Below are positions 38,829 to 47,676 of a DNA stretch of 54,738 bases, in pieces. Position numbers and translations under genes: made by a program. Every line of letters begins with the position of its first letter. Positions within the stretch are counted from its first letter, which is position 1. A model generated the notes under the pieces. That model worked only from the letters and a program-made list of their open reading frames with translations. It did not search any database and was not told the origin of the DNA. The DNA comes from an uncultured Methanosarcinales archaeon (lineage in GTDB: Archaea; Nanobdellota; Nanobdellia; Woesearchaeales; CAZYIM01). The DNA is taken from contig CAZYIM010000017.1 in NCBI GenBank assembly GCA_964647565.1, positions 1 to 54,738 of the forward strand. The letters run 5' to 3'.

Positions 38829-39914
38829 TTATAGATCCTTAATTAATTGTTCCCTGATGTTGTTGTTTATTGCAAGATGTGTTAGAACGCAGTTAGAGCA
38901 GGCTTTACTAAGCTTTCTGTTGATAATGTTCTTCCTGAATTGGTTGAAAGCATCTCCCTGCCATATTTCGTTGAAACTCTTATTTTTAATATTCTCTTTC
39001 AGAGGGCTTGTTGAACAGGGCCAGACATCTCCATTAGCTTCTATCTTAGGCCAGAGCCAGGGTTCGAAACAAGCAGCATCGAGGAAGGTGCCTTTATGAC
39101 TTTCTTCTTTTTTTTCTCCCTTATTTATCTCTCCATCGAGCTTCCCAGTCTTCTCTATGACCTTGATGCTTTCAAGCTGGTTCACATTGGTCCTGATGTT
39201 GTTTCTCTCTGCCGTTTCAATTATTTTCGGTACTATCTTGTCTAAGAACTCTTTTCTTTCTTCAATATTCATCTGAAGGCTTTTAGAAAAATCATTATTA
39301 ATGCAGATGGGCTCAAAATTGACAGCAGCTATACCCAGTTCAGCTGCAAGTTCTATCATTTTGGCTGTTTCCTTATAATTCCTGTTACATAGTACATAGT
39401 TTACTTCAAGTTCAGGCCTCTCCTTTCCAAGTTCAGCCTTGATATTCTTGAATAATTTGACATTTTCAACTATTTTTTTGAAGCACTTGCCACCCCTGAG
39501 GAAATCATGGGTTTCTTCGGTAGCGCCATCGATGCTGAAAGTAAGGGACTCCCAGCCTAACCTGATCATCTGTTCTACAGAATCCTTATCCCAAAGAGTA
39601 CCGTTATGGATCATCCGTCCTCGAACACCATTTTCTTTAAGTATAGTTATCATTTTCATGAAAAGCTCTTTTCTTGCCAGGGGTTCACCTCCTCCGCTGA
39701 TCAGCACTTTTTTAACACCCATATCACAGATGTCCTTGACTACACTGAGCCAAACACTGTCATCAATCTCATCTTCCCGTCTGTATTCGCCTCTTTTCTG
39801 GGCGCAGAATTGACAGTCTAGGTTGCATATGTTGGTGGGATAGATCTGGACCTCATCGGGGGGAGCTGTTTTTCCTTTTGCCCATAAATTTAATTTTTTT
39901 ATTATTTCTTGCAT
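38829..39914 (-). CDS. Radical SAM protein with Twitch/SPASM-like domain
   Basis: CNLDCQFC, GGGEP, SIDG; CFEPW-x-WPC...CSNC. Confidence 0.93.
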   Translation of the reverse strand: MQEIIKKLNLWAKGKTAPPDEVQIYPTNICNLDCQFCAQKRGEYRREDEIDDSVWLSVVKDICDMGVKKVLISGGGEPLARKELFMKMITILKENGVRGRMIHNGTLWDKDSVEQMIRLGWESLTFSIDGATEETHDFLRGGKCFKKIVENVKLFKNIKAELGKERPELEVNYVLCNRNYKETAKMIELAAELGIAAVNFEPICINNDFSKSLQMNIEERKEFLDKIVPKIIETAERNNIRTNVNQLESIKVIEKTGKLDGEINKGEKKEESHKGTFLDAACFEPWLWPKIEANGDVWPCSTSPLKENIKNKSFNEIWQGDAFNQFRKNIINRKLSKACSNCVLTHLAINNNIREQLIKDL

Positions 39915-39929
39915 TTTCTTAATCAGACA

Positions 39930-41681
39930 TTATGAAGAATCCTGATTTCTTTTAAATACTTTTATGGGTTCCCCCTCAAAATTCCTGAAATTCTGTAATA
40001 GGGTAAAACTATCTCTAAGCTCTGTATACCATTTTTGATATATCATCGCCCTATTTTGCAAAGATGTGTTGTCGTGCCCATAATCATTTAGATAATGTTC
40101 TTCTTCAAATACAATAAAATCTGCTTTCCTGATTCGCAATTTACATACTTCATAATTAATCCAGATAAAAACGTTTCTTTCGTTATTATCTATTATCTTT
40201 TCTTCACAGTGATCTGTTAAGTATAAATCGTCTTGAAAAGATTTCAATGCAAATTCATTGTTTAGACTCCAACAGATCTCATCGCATTTTGTAAAATATA
40301 AGACCTTTTTCGGTCCTTCTTTAGAATTCTCCATTAATTCAAATACTTCATGCGGATCCCAGCTGTCTTTAACAGGATAAAGCCGACCAAGATAATTTAG
40401 GGTATCTATATCTGGGGTGTAGTAATCTTTTAGTTCAGAGCCGCTGATGCTATTTGGGAAGTAATTAATGGAAATATAATAGAAAAAGCCAATAAACAGG
40501 ATTAATACCATTAAAATTGGACCTGCCTTTGTTTTTATGGGTTTCAGTTTCCTAAGTCTGCCCTTTAAATCTATTTCATTTATTCTCGTTACGAACAAAG
40601 CAATAATTATGGCTGCTGCTGGGAGTGCAGCTGTCATCTGTTGCACTACATTATACCCTCTCAGGTTAAAGGAGTATCTTAACATAATGATGCCGAAGGC
40701 TATGAGAATCCAGCTGAGCAGGAGGAATTTCTTTTTTGTTTTTATTAAATATAAGCCTACAACACCAACTAAGAAGAAAATCCAGAAATACCAGGGCATT
40801 ATCATTTCAATATTCTGCAGCCAAAATCTTATAATAGAATCTCCTGGTGGTAGAATGTTATTTGAACTAAAGGCAGAACTGAAAAAATACTTATTAAAAT
40901 AAAGGACAGTCGATCCTCTTCCCTGAGCATATCTTGGTAGATATATGAATAAGCTTAAAATAAACAGTAATACAGCTATTCCAAAATTTCTGACCTGAAG
41001 AATAGGTTTGGCTTTTTTTTGCTTTGATTTTTTTCTAATTAGCTGGTATACAACAGGTCCTATCTCTGCTAAAAAAGGGCCAATAAGAAAGATTGAAAAA
41101 CTATATTTGGTTAATATTGTGATTATTAATGCAATTCCGAGAAATATTGAATATTTAAGATTCTTGAACTGTTCAGTTTTTAACAGTAGGAATATGTTTA
41201 GGCAAACTAATGATGCTTGTGCAAGAATAGGTAAATATGCTCTTGAGGAAGACCAGATCTGTGGAAACAAAAGACATAGGGTTGCTGCAACAAAGCCTGT
41301 TTTTTTTGATGACAGTATAGTGCCTATACCATAGACAGATAAAGTAAGCAGCAACAGGAAGAATATATTGGTCATATTTGCACTATCTTGGCTTATTCCC
41401 CCCAAGATATATGTGGGTTGTGTCACAAAATTCAAAAGAACGCCTTTCTGAGAACTAAATAGCATATCAGTAACACGTTCCAACCTTTCTAGACTGGACT
41501 GTTTTGACTTAAAAAGATGATAATTCAAACGTATGCTGTTTTCATAACTATTGCTTATATCTTGAGTGAATGGGATTGTGTCTTCTTTGAGAACAATATA
41601 ATTAGTGACTGCTGCAAATAGAAATATCCCTAATAATACTACCAAATAAATATCAATCTTGAAGTTTCGTTTCTTCTGCAT
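39930..41681 (-). CDS. GT39/ArnT-like membrane glycosyltransferase
   Basis: Many TM helices; GISQD, SVYGIG, SSR, LTKYSF pattern shared with the other two paralogs. Confidence 0.85.
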   Translation of the reverse strand: MQKKRNFKIDIYLVVLLGIFLFAAVTNYIVLKEDTIPFTQDISNSYENSIRLNYHLFKSKQSSLERLERVTDMLFSSQKGVLLNFVTQPTYILGGISQDSANMTNIFFLLLLTLSVYGIGTILSSKKTGFVAATLCLLFPQIWSSSRAYLPILAQASLVCLNIFLLLKTEQFKNLKYSIFLGIALIITILTKYSFSIFLIGPFLAEIGPVVYQLIRKKSKQKKAKPILQVRNFGIAVLLFILSLFIYLPRYAQGRGSTVLYFNKYFFSSAFSSNNILPPGDSIIRFWLQNIEMIMPWYFWIFFLVGVVGLYLIKTKKKFLLLSWILIAFGIIMLRYSFNLRGYNVVQQMTAALPAAAIIIALFVTRINEIDLKGRLRKLKPIKTKAGPILMVLILFIGFFYYISINYFPNSISGSELKDYYTPDIDTLNYLGRLYPVKDSWDPHEVFELMENSKEGPKKVLYFTKCDEICWSLNNEFALKSFQDDLYLTDHCEEKIIDNNERNVFIWINYEVCKLRIRKADFIVFEEEHYLNDYGHDNTSLQNRAMIYQKWYTELRDSFTLLQNFRNFEGEPIKVFKRNQDSS

Positions 41682-43023
41682 TAAAGTCTCTCTTCTTTTT
41701 TATGATTCCAGACCAAAGTGTAATTGTGGCAAAGGTCAAAGTTTTCAGTCGTGTGAATGATTTTACCTTACTGAGTTGCTGGAATATCTTTCCAATTCGC
41801 ATGTAAAATCTTTTAAATGCCATAGTGTGATAGTGTTTTAACAAATTACTGCTTAAGGGTGTGAATTTGGTGCGGTGTAGTTCGGTCCCTGGATATACAA
41901 TAATTTTATCAAATGATGCATAGTCAGGATCAAGAGTAATAGCAAATTCGATGGTGTCATTGATTGTTTCTTTAGTGTCTCCAGGATTGCCAATTATGAA
42001 ATGTGCGACAGTCTCAATGCCTAATTTCCTGCAAAGAAGAATAATCTTTTTTGCATCTTCTAAACTGATATCTTTCTTCAAATTATCCAGAATTTTCTGA
42101 TTTCCACTTTCAATCCCGAACTTGATCAGATAACATCCTGCTTTTTTCATCCATTTTAAAAGCTCTTCATCAGCACAATCAACTCTGCTGTTGCACATCC
42201 AACTGAAATTAAAATCTGAGTTTATCATCTTTCGACAAAGATATATGAGATATTTTTTATCAAAACAGAGATTCTCATCCCTGAAGAACAATTCCTTGAA
42301 TCCTTGCTGCTTTAACAGTTGAAATTCCTTAATAACGTTTTCAACTGATCTTTTTCTTAACTTTTTGTTGTATAGTACGGGAACAGTACAGAAAACACAT
42401 CTATGCGGACAGCCGCGAGTAACAGCTGCTGTGGTGAAAGGAGTTTTTAGTGCAAAGGGATTCTGATAATCATCCATCTTGGATAGATCTCTTTTTGGGA
42501 TTGGTAAGCTGTTAAGATCGTCTAATTCTGACTTTTTTGGATTGATATATTTTTTTAGACAAACCCCTCTGATTTTTTTTAATTCTTCAGAATTATCGAT
42601 GTTTTTTAGAACGTCAGTTATAACCGGTTCAGGTTCCCCTTTGATTACTACATCGAATATGTCATTTTCATTAATAATGGAGGGATTCATTGTGGCATAA
42701 TGGCCAAAAACGATTATTTTTCCTATCCACTCTTCTTTTAATTGCTTTAGAAATGCAAGATCTTCGTCATAGGTTTCAAATCCTATACTACATAATATAA
42801 ATTCGGGTGCACGACTACAGATTTCTTTAATAGTGTCGTGGTTGTTAATATCTCGTATAGAATAATCTAGAACATACGATTCTGGAATAATTGCCGCTAA
42901 TTGATACAACATCAGAGGTGGCCATGAATAGTTGATATATTTTTTTTCATGCCAGCATCCATAGTACGTATCTCTGATGAACCCCTTCTTATTAGGTGGG
43001 ATAAGCAGTAGAACTTTTTTCAT
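41653..43023 (-). CDS. Cobalamin-binding radical SAM protein
   Basis: WPPLMLYQLAA, FGH, GEPE, RGCPHRCVFC, FGIESG, IIGNPGDT. Confidence 0.92.
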   Translation of the reverse strand: MKKVLLLIPPNKKGFIRDTYYGCWHEKKYINYSWPPLMLYQLAAIIPESYVLDYSIRDINNHDTIKEICSRAPEFILCSIGFETYDEDLAFLKQLKEEWIGKIIVFGHYATMNPSIINENDIFDVVIKGEPEPVITDVLKNIDNSEELKKIRGVCLKKYINPKKSELDDLNSLPIPKRDLSKMDDYQNPFALKTPFTTAAVTRGCPHRCVFCTVPVLYNKKLRKRSVENVIKEFQLLKQQGFKELFFRDENLCFDKKYLIYLCRKMINSDFNFSWMCNSRVDCADEELLKWMKKAGCYLIKFGIESGNQKILDNLKKDISLEDAKKIILLCRKLGIETVAHFIIGNPGDTKETINDTIEFAITLDPDYASFDKIIVYPGTELHRTKFTPLSSNLLKHYHTMAFKRFYMRIGKIFQQLSKVKSFTRLKTLTFATITLWSGIIKKKRDFNAEETKLQD

Positions 43024-43045
43024 GGAACTATGCTACCTCTTGTTC

Positions 43046-43058
43046 TATTTAAAGATTC
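43046..43058 (-). promoter_or_regulatory. Archaeal TATA box for 41653..43023
   Basis: GAATCTTTAAATA on the minus strand, ending 23 nt before the ATG. Confidence 0.45.
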
Positions 43059-44909
43059 TCACTCTAAAAACTCTTTTAGTTTTCTAGGTGCCTTAGGTTT
43101 GGCATCCTGGTCAAAGTATATCTGGTGCCAGGTTTCAAGGTTGAGCAAAGAGAATATACGCATGCAGTTATTTTTATTCGCATAGGCGGACTTTGATTTA
43201 TATTTACTTTTCTGGAACTGGATAAAGATTTTTTTTAATTCATTGCTGTTAAAATATTTCCTTGCCAATAACTTTTTCAATAGTTTGTCAAGCATGTCTG
43301 GATCTTCCCTTAGCCATTTATTTATTGGATTCCTAAATGCCTTTTTAGCCCTCATTGCATATTGTTTTGGTAGTCTCTTTTGCAGTGCTTGTCTGTGAAA
43401 CCATTTGGTGACTGCCTTAGAAAAAAGCTTCTGAAATGGGCTTCCGTGGACTAATGCGGTCTGTGGTAGATTATTTATGAAATTAATCATATTATACTCT
43501 AAGAATGGGGAGTATAGCCTGATGTTTTTATTATCAAAGGATGCATATGTATATGGTAGGAACTGGTAATAGACTGTCTTCTCCATAATCATCCTTACAA
43601 GGAAGTCGAAGTAGGTCTCTTTTCGTTTTTCTGGTTTGAATTCTGGATTGTCAAAGAAGTTTCTGGTTAATAATTTTTTTCTTATCTTATCATCAAAGAA
43701 TCTGTAGCTGGTAAGCATAAAATAAAACTCTTCTCTGTTCATTTTTTTTGAAAACAAACTGCTTATTTTTTTTGCTTCATGAAACTTCTCATTCTTGCTG
43801 ATTTTAGATGTAAGATTGATTGCTTGAGAAATAGCTTTTATGATACCAGATGGAAGATTTCTGAAATATTGGTGTGCCTGGCTGATAGGATAAAGTTGGC
43901 CATAAATATTGTCCCCTCCATCACCAGTCAGGATAGTATCTATATATCTTTCGGATTGTTGGGCTAGGTTATAGAAATTCAGAGCGGTTGTATCTCCTGT
44001 TGGCTCTTCAAGGTTCCATATAATCTTAGGTAACTCATTAAGAATTTCATGATCTAAGAGTAGTTTGTGATGGGTTGTGTTGAATAATCTTGATATTTCT
44101 TCAGCTTGTATGTCCTCATCATATACCGGATCATTGAAGTATGTGTTGAAAGTATGGATCTTTTTTTGGAAAACTCTGTTTGCACAGGCAAGTGAAAAGC
44201 TGCTGTCCAGACCCCCGCTGACCAAGCAACCCAACTGCTTGGTTTTGTTTTTTTGGATAATATCCAAAAGAGCTTTCTCAGCAATATTGAAATACGCATC
44301 TATCTTTTGTTGTTTGTTAATTCTTGTAGACCTAATAAATTCCATTGTCCAATATTTGGTGATACTCAGCTTATTGTTGCTCCATTTCAGATAGTGTGCT
44401 GGTGGAATCCTGAACAGGTTCTCTATTAGAGTTCTGTGGGAGTACATGCTTCCAGAATTGAGGAATTCATTAAGAGCTATTCTATCAAGTGATATTCTTT
44501 TTTGGAGAAAATGAAGGATTAGTCTAATTTTAGTTGAGAATATTACGTTTTTGGAATCTCTGTAGTAATAGCAAGATGACGGAAGATACCTATTATTAAA
44601 AATGAGTAAAGACTTCTTATTTTTATCGTACAATACAATCAGAAAGAAACCGTCGAGGTATTTAATTAATTGTTCTCCTTTATGCTTGTATAATTTCAAT
44701 ATATTTTCAGAATCAGTTCCTATTGTTTCCTTTTGCATGCTGAGAAATCTCAAAGTACCAGTACAAATGATTGAAACTCCATCTTTGCAGTAGATTTCAT
44801 CGTCACTTTCAATTTGGAAATATGTAGTAGAAAATGTCTTGGGTCTCTTTATCAGTCCAATTTCTTTCAGTTTTTTTTCTGGTTTTATGACTCCGATTAG
44901 TTCATTCAT
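43059..44909 (-). CDS. Asparagine synthase-like ATP-dependent amide ligase (AsnB-like, lacking N-terminal Cys)
   Basis: VSGGLDSS, LEEP, TGDGGD; paralog of 14735..16636 (IFNNRY motif); ATG 44909 preferred (track start 44954). Confidence 0.85.
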   Translation of the reverse strand: MNELIGVIKPEKKLKEIGLIKRPKTFSTTYFQIESDDEIYCKDGVSIICTGTLRFLSMQKETIGTDSENILKLYKHKGEQLIKYLDGFFLIVLYDKNKKSLLIFNNRYLPSSCYYYRDSKNVIFSTKIRLILHFLQKRISLDRIALNEFLNSGSMYSHRTLIENLFRIPPAHYLKWSNNKLSITKYWTMEFIRSTRINKQQKIDAYFNIAEKALLDIIQKNKTKQLGCLVSGGLDSSFSLACANRVFQKKIHTFNTYFNDPVYDEDIQAEEISRLFNTTHHKLLLDHEILNELPKIIWNLEEPTGDTTALNFYNLAQQSERYIDTILTGDGGDNIYGQLYPISQAHQYFRNLPSGIIKAISQAINLTSKISKNEKFHEAKKISSLFSKKMNREEFYFMLTSYRFFDDKIRKKLLTRNFFDNPEFKPEKRKETYFDFLVRMIMEKTVYYQFLPYTYASFDNKNIRLYSPFLEYNMINFINNLPQTALVHGSPFQKLFSKAVTKWFHRQALQKRLPKQYAMRAKKAFRNPINKWLREDPDMLDKLLKKLLARKYFNSNELKKIFIQFQKSKYKSKSAYANKNNCMRIFSLLNLETWHQIYFDQDAKPKAPRKLKEFLE

Positions 44910-45018
44910 CGTGCTTAAGACTTGCTTTATAACCCCTGTATTAATAGAAACCAATTATTTTATATACTTTTGTATTATTTAATAAATGGGGAAATGAATC
45001 TGAGGATTTTTTATTAAA

Positions 45019-45717
45019 ATGATTGAGGAATTCATTGATTTTGTCCGATATGAGAAAGGTTATGGCTGGAATGTGGTATTTCGTGACCTCATTAACCTTA
45101 ACCAGCTGCACAAAACTCAATTTCATATTGACAGGATTCTGGAATTTGCTGAGAAACATAAGATGAAATTCACTTTTTTTATGACTGCTAAGAATCTTGA
45201 GAAGAATAAGACTATTCTTAATAAAATACTTAACAAGGGGCATGAAGTTGGATCGCATGGCTATAATCATGTTCTACTGGTCAGCAAATCAAAAAAAAGG
45301 ATTCTTAATGAATTTAAAAAAGCAGATGCAATGTTTCGAAGGTTTGGTATTACGCCAAAAGGATTTAGACCCCCCTTCTTATCGATGAATAAGTCTGTTA
45401 TTGAAATTGCCAAGAGATTCAATTTTGAATATGTTTCATCATATTATACTCCTGATGAGCTGGATTATGCCAAGAAAGAGGATTTCACTCTAATTCCTGT
45501 GATTCGGCCTTATGATTGGGAGTGGATAGTGGTCCAAAGAAAGAAACTTTCTGAGTTGTTAAATATTTGGAGGGGTGCTAAAGGATCATTACTCGTCCAT
45601 CCCAGGATAATTTATAATAAAATCAATATGCTTAATACCTTATTAGACTCAAATCAAGATTACTCCTGCTTGAAAAATCTAACTTCAGGATTAAGTGTTA
45701 CCTTGGATGTGTACTAG
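45019..45717 (+). CDS. Polysaccharide deacetylase (NodB/CE4-like), possibly circularly permuted
   Basis: FTFF, HEVGSHGYNH, GFRPP, LLVHP; motif-1-like VTLDV found at the extreme C-terminus. Confidence 0.85.
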   Translation: MIEEFIDFVRYEKGYGWNVVFRDLINLNQLHKTQFHIDRILEFAEKHKMKFTFFMTAKNLEKNKTILNKILNKGHEVGSHGYNHVLLVSKSKKRILNEFKKADAMFRRFGITPKGFRPPFLSMNKSVIEIAKRFNFEYVSSYYTPDELDYAKKEDFTLIPVIRPYDWEWIVVQRKKLSELLNIWRGAKGSLLVHPRIIYNKINMLNTLLDSNQDYSCLKNLTSGLSVTLDVY

Positions 45718-45718
45718 G

Positions 45719-46447
45719 ATGAAAACCATTTTGATTATTCCAGTATATGATGAGAATTCGGTTATTTTACAAGAGTTGATAGATAAATCCAGGGCTTATA
45801 TATCCAATATCGTTGTAATAGATGATGGAAGTAAAACAAGTCATAAGCTAAACGGCTGTAAAGTACTAAGAAACGACAAGAATTATGGCAAAGGATATTC
45901 CCTGAGAAGAGGAATTGAGTTTGCTAGAACTAAGAAATATGATTGGGCGTTCTTCATGGATGGAGATGGCGAGCATCTACCAGATGATTTACCTCGTTTT
46001 ATAGAAAAAGCAAAAAATTGTAATATCCTTATTGGACAGAGAAACCTATTTAGATCTTCTTCAAGAGCTCGTCTAAACAGTTTTTCCCTCTTTTGGGTAA
46101 GGTTCTTGATTCCTGAAATTAGAGATCTTTACTGTGGCTATAGGGCACTTAATCTTGATGCTTCAAGGGCAATACGTCTTAGAGCTGATGGATTTGAGAC
46201 TGATTTGGAAATGATCCTTGAAGCATGGAAGCATAAGTTGAAAATTAGCTATATTGATATTTCAAAGACAAAAACAGCTAAATCGAAGGTGACGTCCAGG
46301 GATTATATTAGGATCAATAATTTCTTTGATAAATGGCTGTTGCAAAACAAAAATAATTTAAATCTGACTTTTTTTCGCAGATTATTCTTGCTCTTCTTTG
46401 CAGGAGTAGGTTTAATTTTAGGACGGACAATGAGGGGCATATTATGA
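45719..46447 (+). CDS. Glycosyltransferase family 2 (DPM-synthase-like polyprenol-phosphate glycosyltransferase)
   Basis: IIPVYDE, VIDDGS, NYGKG, MDGDGEH, DLYCGYR; C-terminal hydrophobic helix; ATG 45719 (track start 45695). Confidence 0.9.
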   Translation: MKTILIIPVYDENSVILQELIDKSRAYISNIVVIDDGSKTSHKLNGCKVLRNDKNYGKGYSLRRGIEFARTKKYDWAFFMDGDGEHLPDDLPRFIEKAKNCNILIGQRNLFRSSSRARLNSFSLFWVRFLIPEIRDLYCGYRALNLDASRAIRLRADGFETDLEMILEAWKHKLKISYIDISKTKTAKSKVTSRDYIRINNFFDKWLLQNKNNLNLTFFRRLFLLFFAGVGLILGRTMRGIL

Positions 46448-46563
46448 ATACTGCATGGGCATTAATCATATCACATTCGCCATATTACATTATATCTATA
46501 GTTGGCATCTGGTTAATGGTAAGATTAAGAAAAAAGATGAGAAATATGGCAGCAGAGCTTTGA
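46444..46563 (+). CDS. Small single-pass membrane peptide (39 aa), not in ORF track
   Basis: ATGA overlap with the GT2 stop; MNTAWALIISHSPYYIISIVGIWLMVRLRKKMRNMAAEL. Confidence 0.55.
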   Translation: MNTAWALIISHSPYYIISIVGIWLMVRLRKKMRNMAAEL

Positions 46564-46579
46564 AGGAGGATGGAAATAT

Positions 46580-46732
46580 ATGGTATTATCAACAACACAG
46601 GCAATTATTATCACGCAAATTCCAATTGCAGTCGCAATACTGATTCTGGCTTACGAAGTCTTTAAAACCAAGAAAGAGTTCTTAAACTTGCTCGACAAAC
46701 TAGTTGAAGTTAATAAGAAGAAAAAAGAATAA
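46580..46732 (+). CDS. Small single-pass membrane peptide (50 aa), not in ORF track
   Basis: AGGAGG at 46564-46569; MVLSTTQAIIITQIPIAVAILILAYEVFKTKKEFLNLLDKLVEVNKKKKE; fills the gap to the convergent gene. Confidence 0.65.
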   Translation: MVLSTTQAIIITQIPIAVAILILAYEVFKTKKEFLNLLDKLVEVNKKKKE

Positions 46733-46746
46733 GGCGGGTTTAATAT

Positions 46747-47676
46747 TTAATATCTTTGAAGGTTCTTTAAATTTGCAAATGGGTGCTTGAATAATCTATT
46801 GTATTCCAGATAACATAAGGTTGAACAACAGCATTTTCCGCCTGTTGTTTTTTTATCTTGTGACTGTTTGAATCTGCAGGGGCTTATTTTCCCATTAGGA
46901 TAAAGAGTGCAGAAATGTTTACCTGCAATACAGTTAAATTCTTTTATGCCTTGGGCATATATTTTCAGGACTTTATTGCTTATCATCAGAAGAGCTGGAT
47001 TTTTTTTCTTGAATCTCTTCAACATAAGGATCGCATGTTTAAATTCATTGGTTTTTGGGACCAGTTCATCTACAGTATTATATTGATCCTTGAAAATTGG
47101 CAGAAAAGCAATTGGTGTATTTGTTCTCACTGCTAAACTAAGCATCTCCTTTAATCCAAATAAATCTTGTTCAAGGAGAAAATTAGATAGTAACGTATTA
47201 ATATAAACATTCAGTTTATTCTTTTTCATCAATTGGAGATTTTTAATAACATTATCATATGTGTTCTTGCCTCTGATTTTTTCATGGATCTGTTTAGGAC
47301 CGTCAATCGACAAACCTATTAAGTCAATATCTTTCAGCCATGCAACATTTTTCTGGATCAGAAGGCCGTTGGTGCTCATTGTCATATGTAATCCAAGACT
47401 TTTTGCACAAGCAACCACTTCTTTAATATCTGGATGCAATAATGGTTCCCCCCCACCAAAATACCATGAAAGGCATCCTTTGTCTGAGAATTTTTTCATA
47501 AGTTGTTTTATTTCCTCTTTTCTAAGCTCTTTTCCCTTTTGTTTATATAGGCCACAGGATATACATTTCAAATTACATCTATAAGTAATCAAATGCTCTA
47601 CTTTTATCATTGGTTTTTTGTTAAGCAGATAGAGAAATCCTGTCTTTATCAGCTTAAGAAAGCTTGGACGGCTCAT
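46747..47676 (-). CDS. Radical SAM protein, short Cys-rich C-terminus
   Basis: CNLKCISC, GGGEP, TNG, SIDG; CIAGKHFC-x-SPC...CCCSTLC. Confidence 0.92.
   Translation of the reverse strand: MSRPSFLKLIKTGFLYLLNKKPMIKVEHLITYRCNLKCISCGLYKQKGKELRKEEIKQLMKKFSDKGCLSWYFGGGEPLLHPDIKEVVACAKSLGLHMTMSTNGLLIQKNVAWLKDIDLIGLSIDGPKQIHEKIRGKNTYDNVIKNLQLMKKNKLNVYINTLLSNFLLEQDLFGLKEMLSLAVRTNTPIAFLPIFKDQYNTVDELVPKTNEFKHAILMLKRFKKKNPALLMISNKVLKIYAQGIKEFNCIAGKHFCTLYPNGKISPCRFKQSQDKKTTGGKCCCSTLCYLEYNRLFKHPFANLKNLQRY

Noticed and set aside
46455..46643. 62-aa ORF from the track
   Set aside because: Two other frames (46444..46563, 46580..46732) have better start context and membrane-protein character
46570..46665. 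31-aa Asn/Ser-rich ORF MEIYGIINNTGNYYHANSNCSRNTDSGLRSL as a RiPP precursor
   Set aside because: Its ATG abuts the AGGAGG with no spacer, and it overlaps the better-supported 46580..46732 ORF
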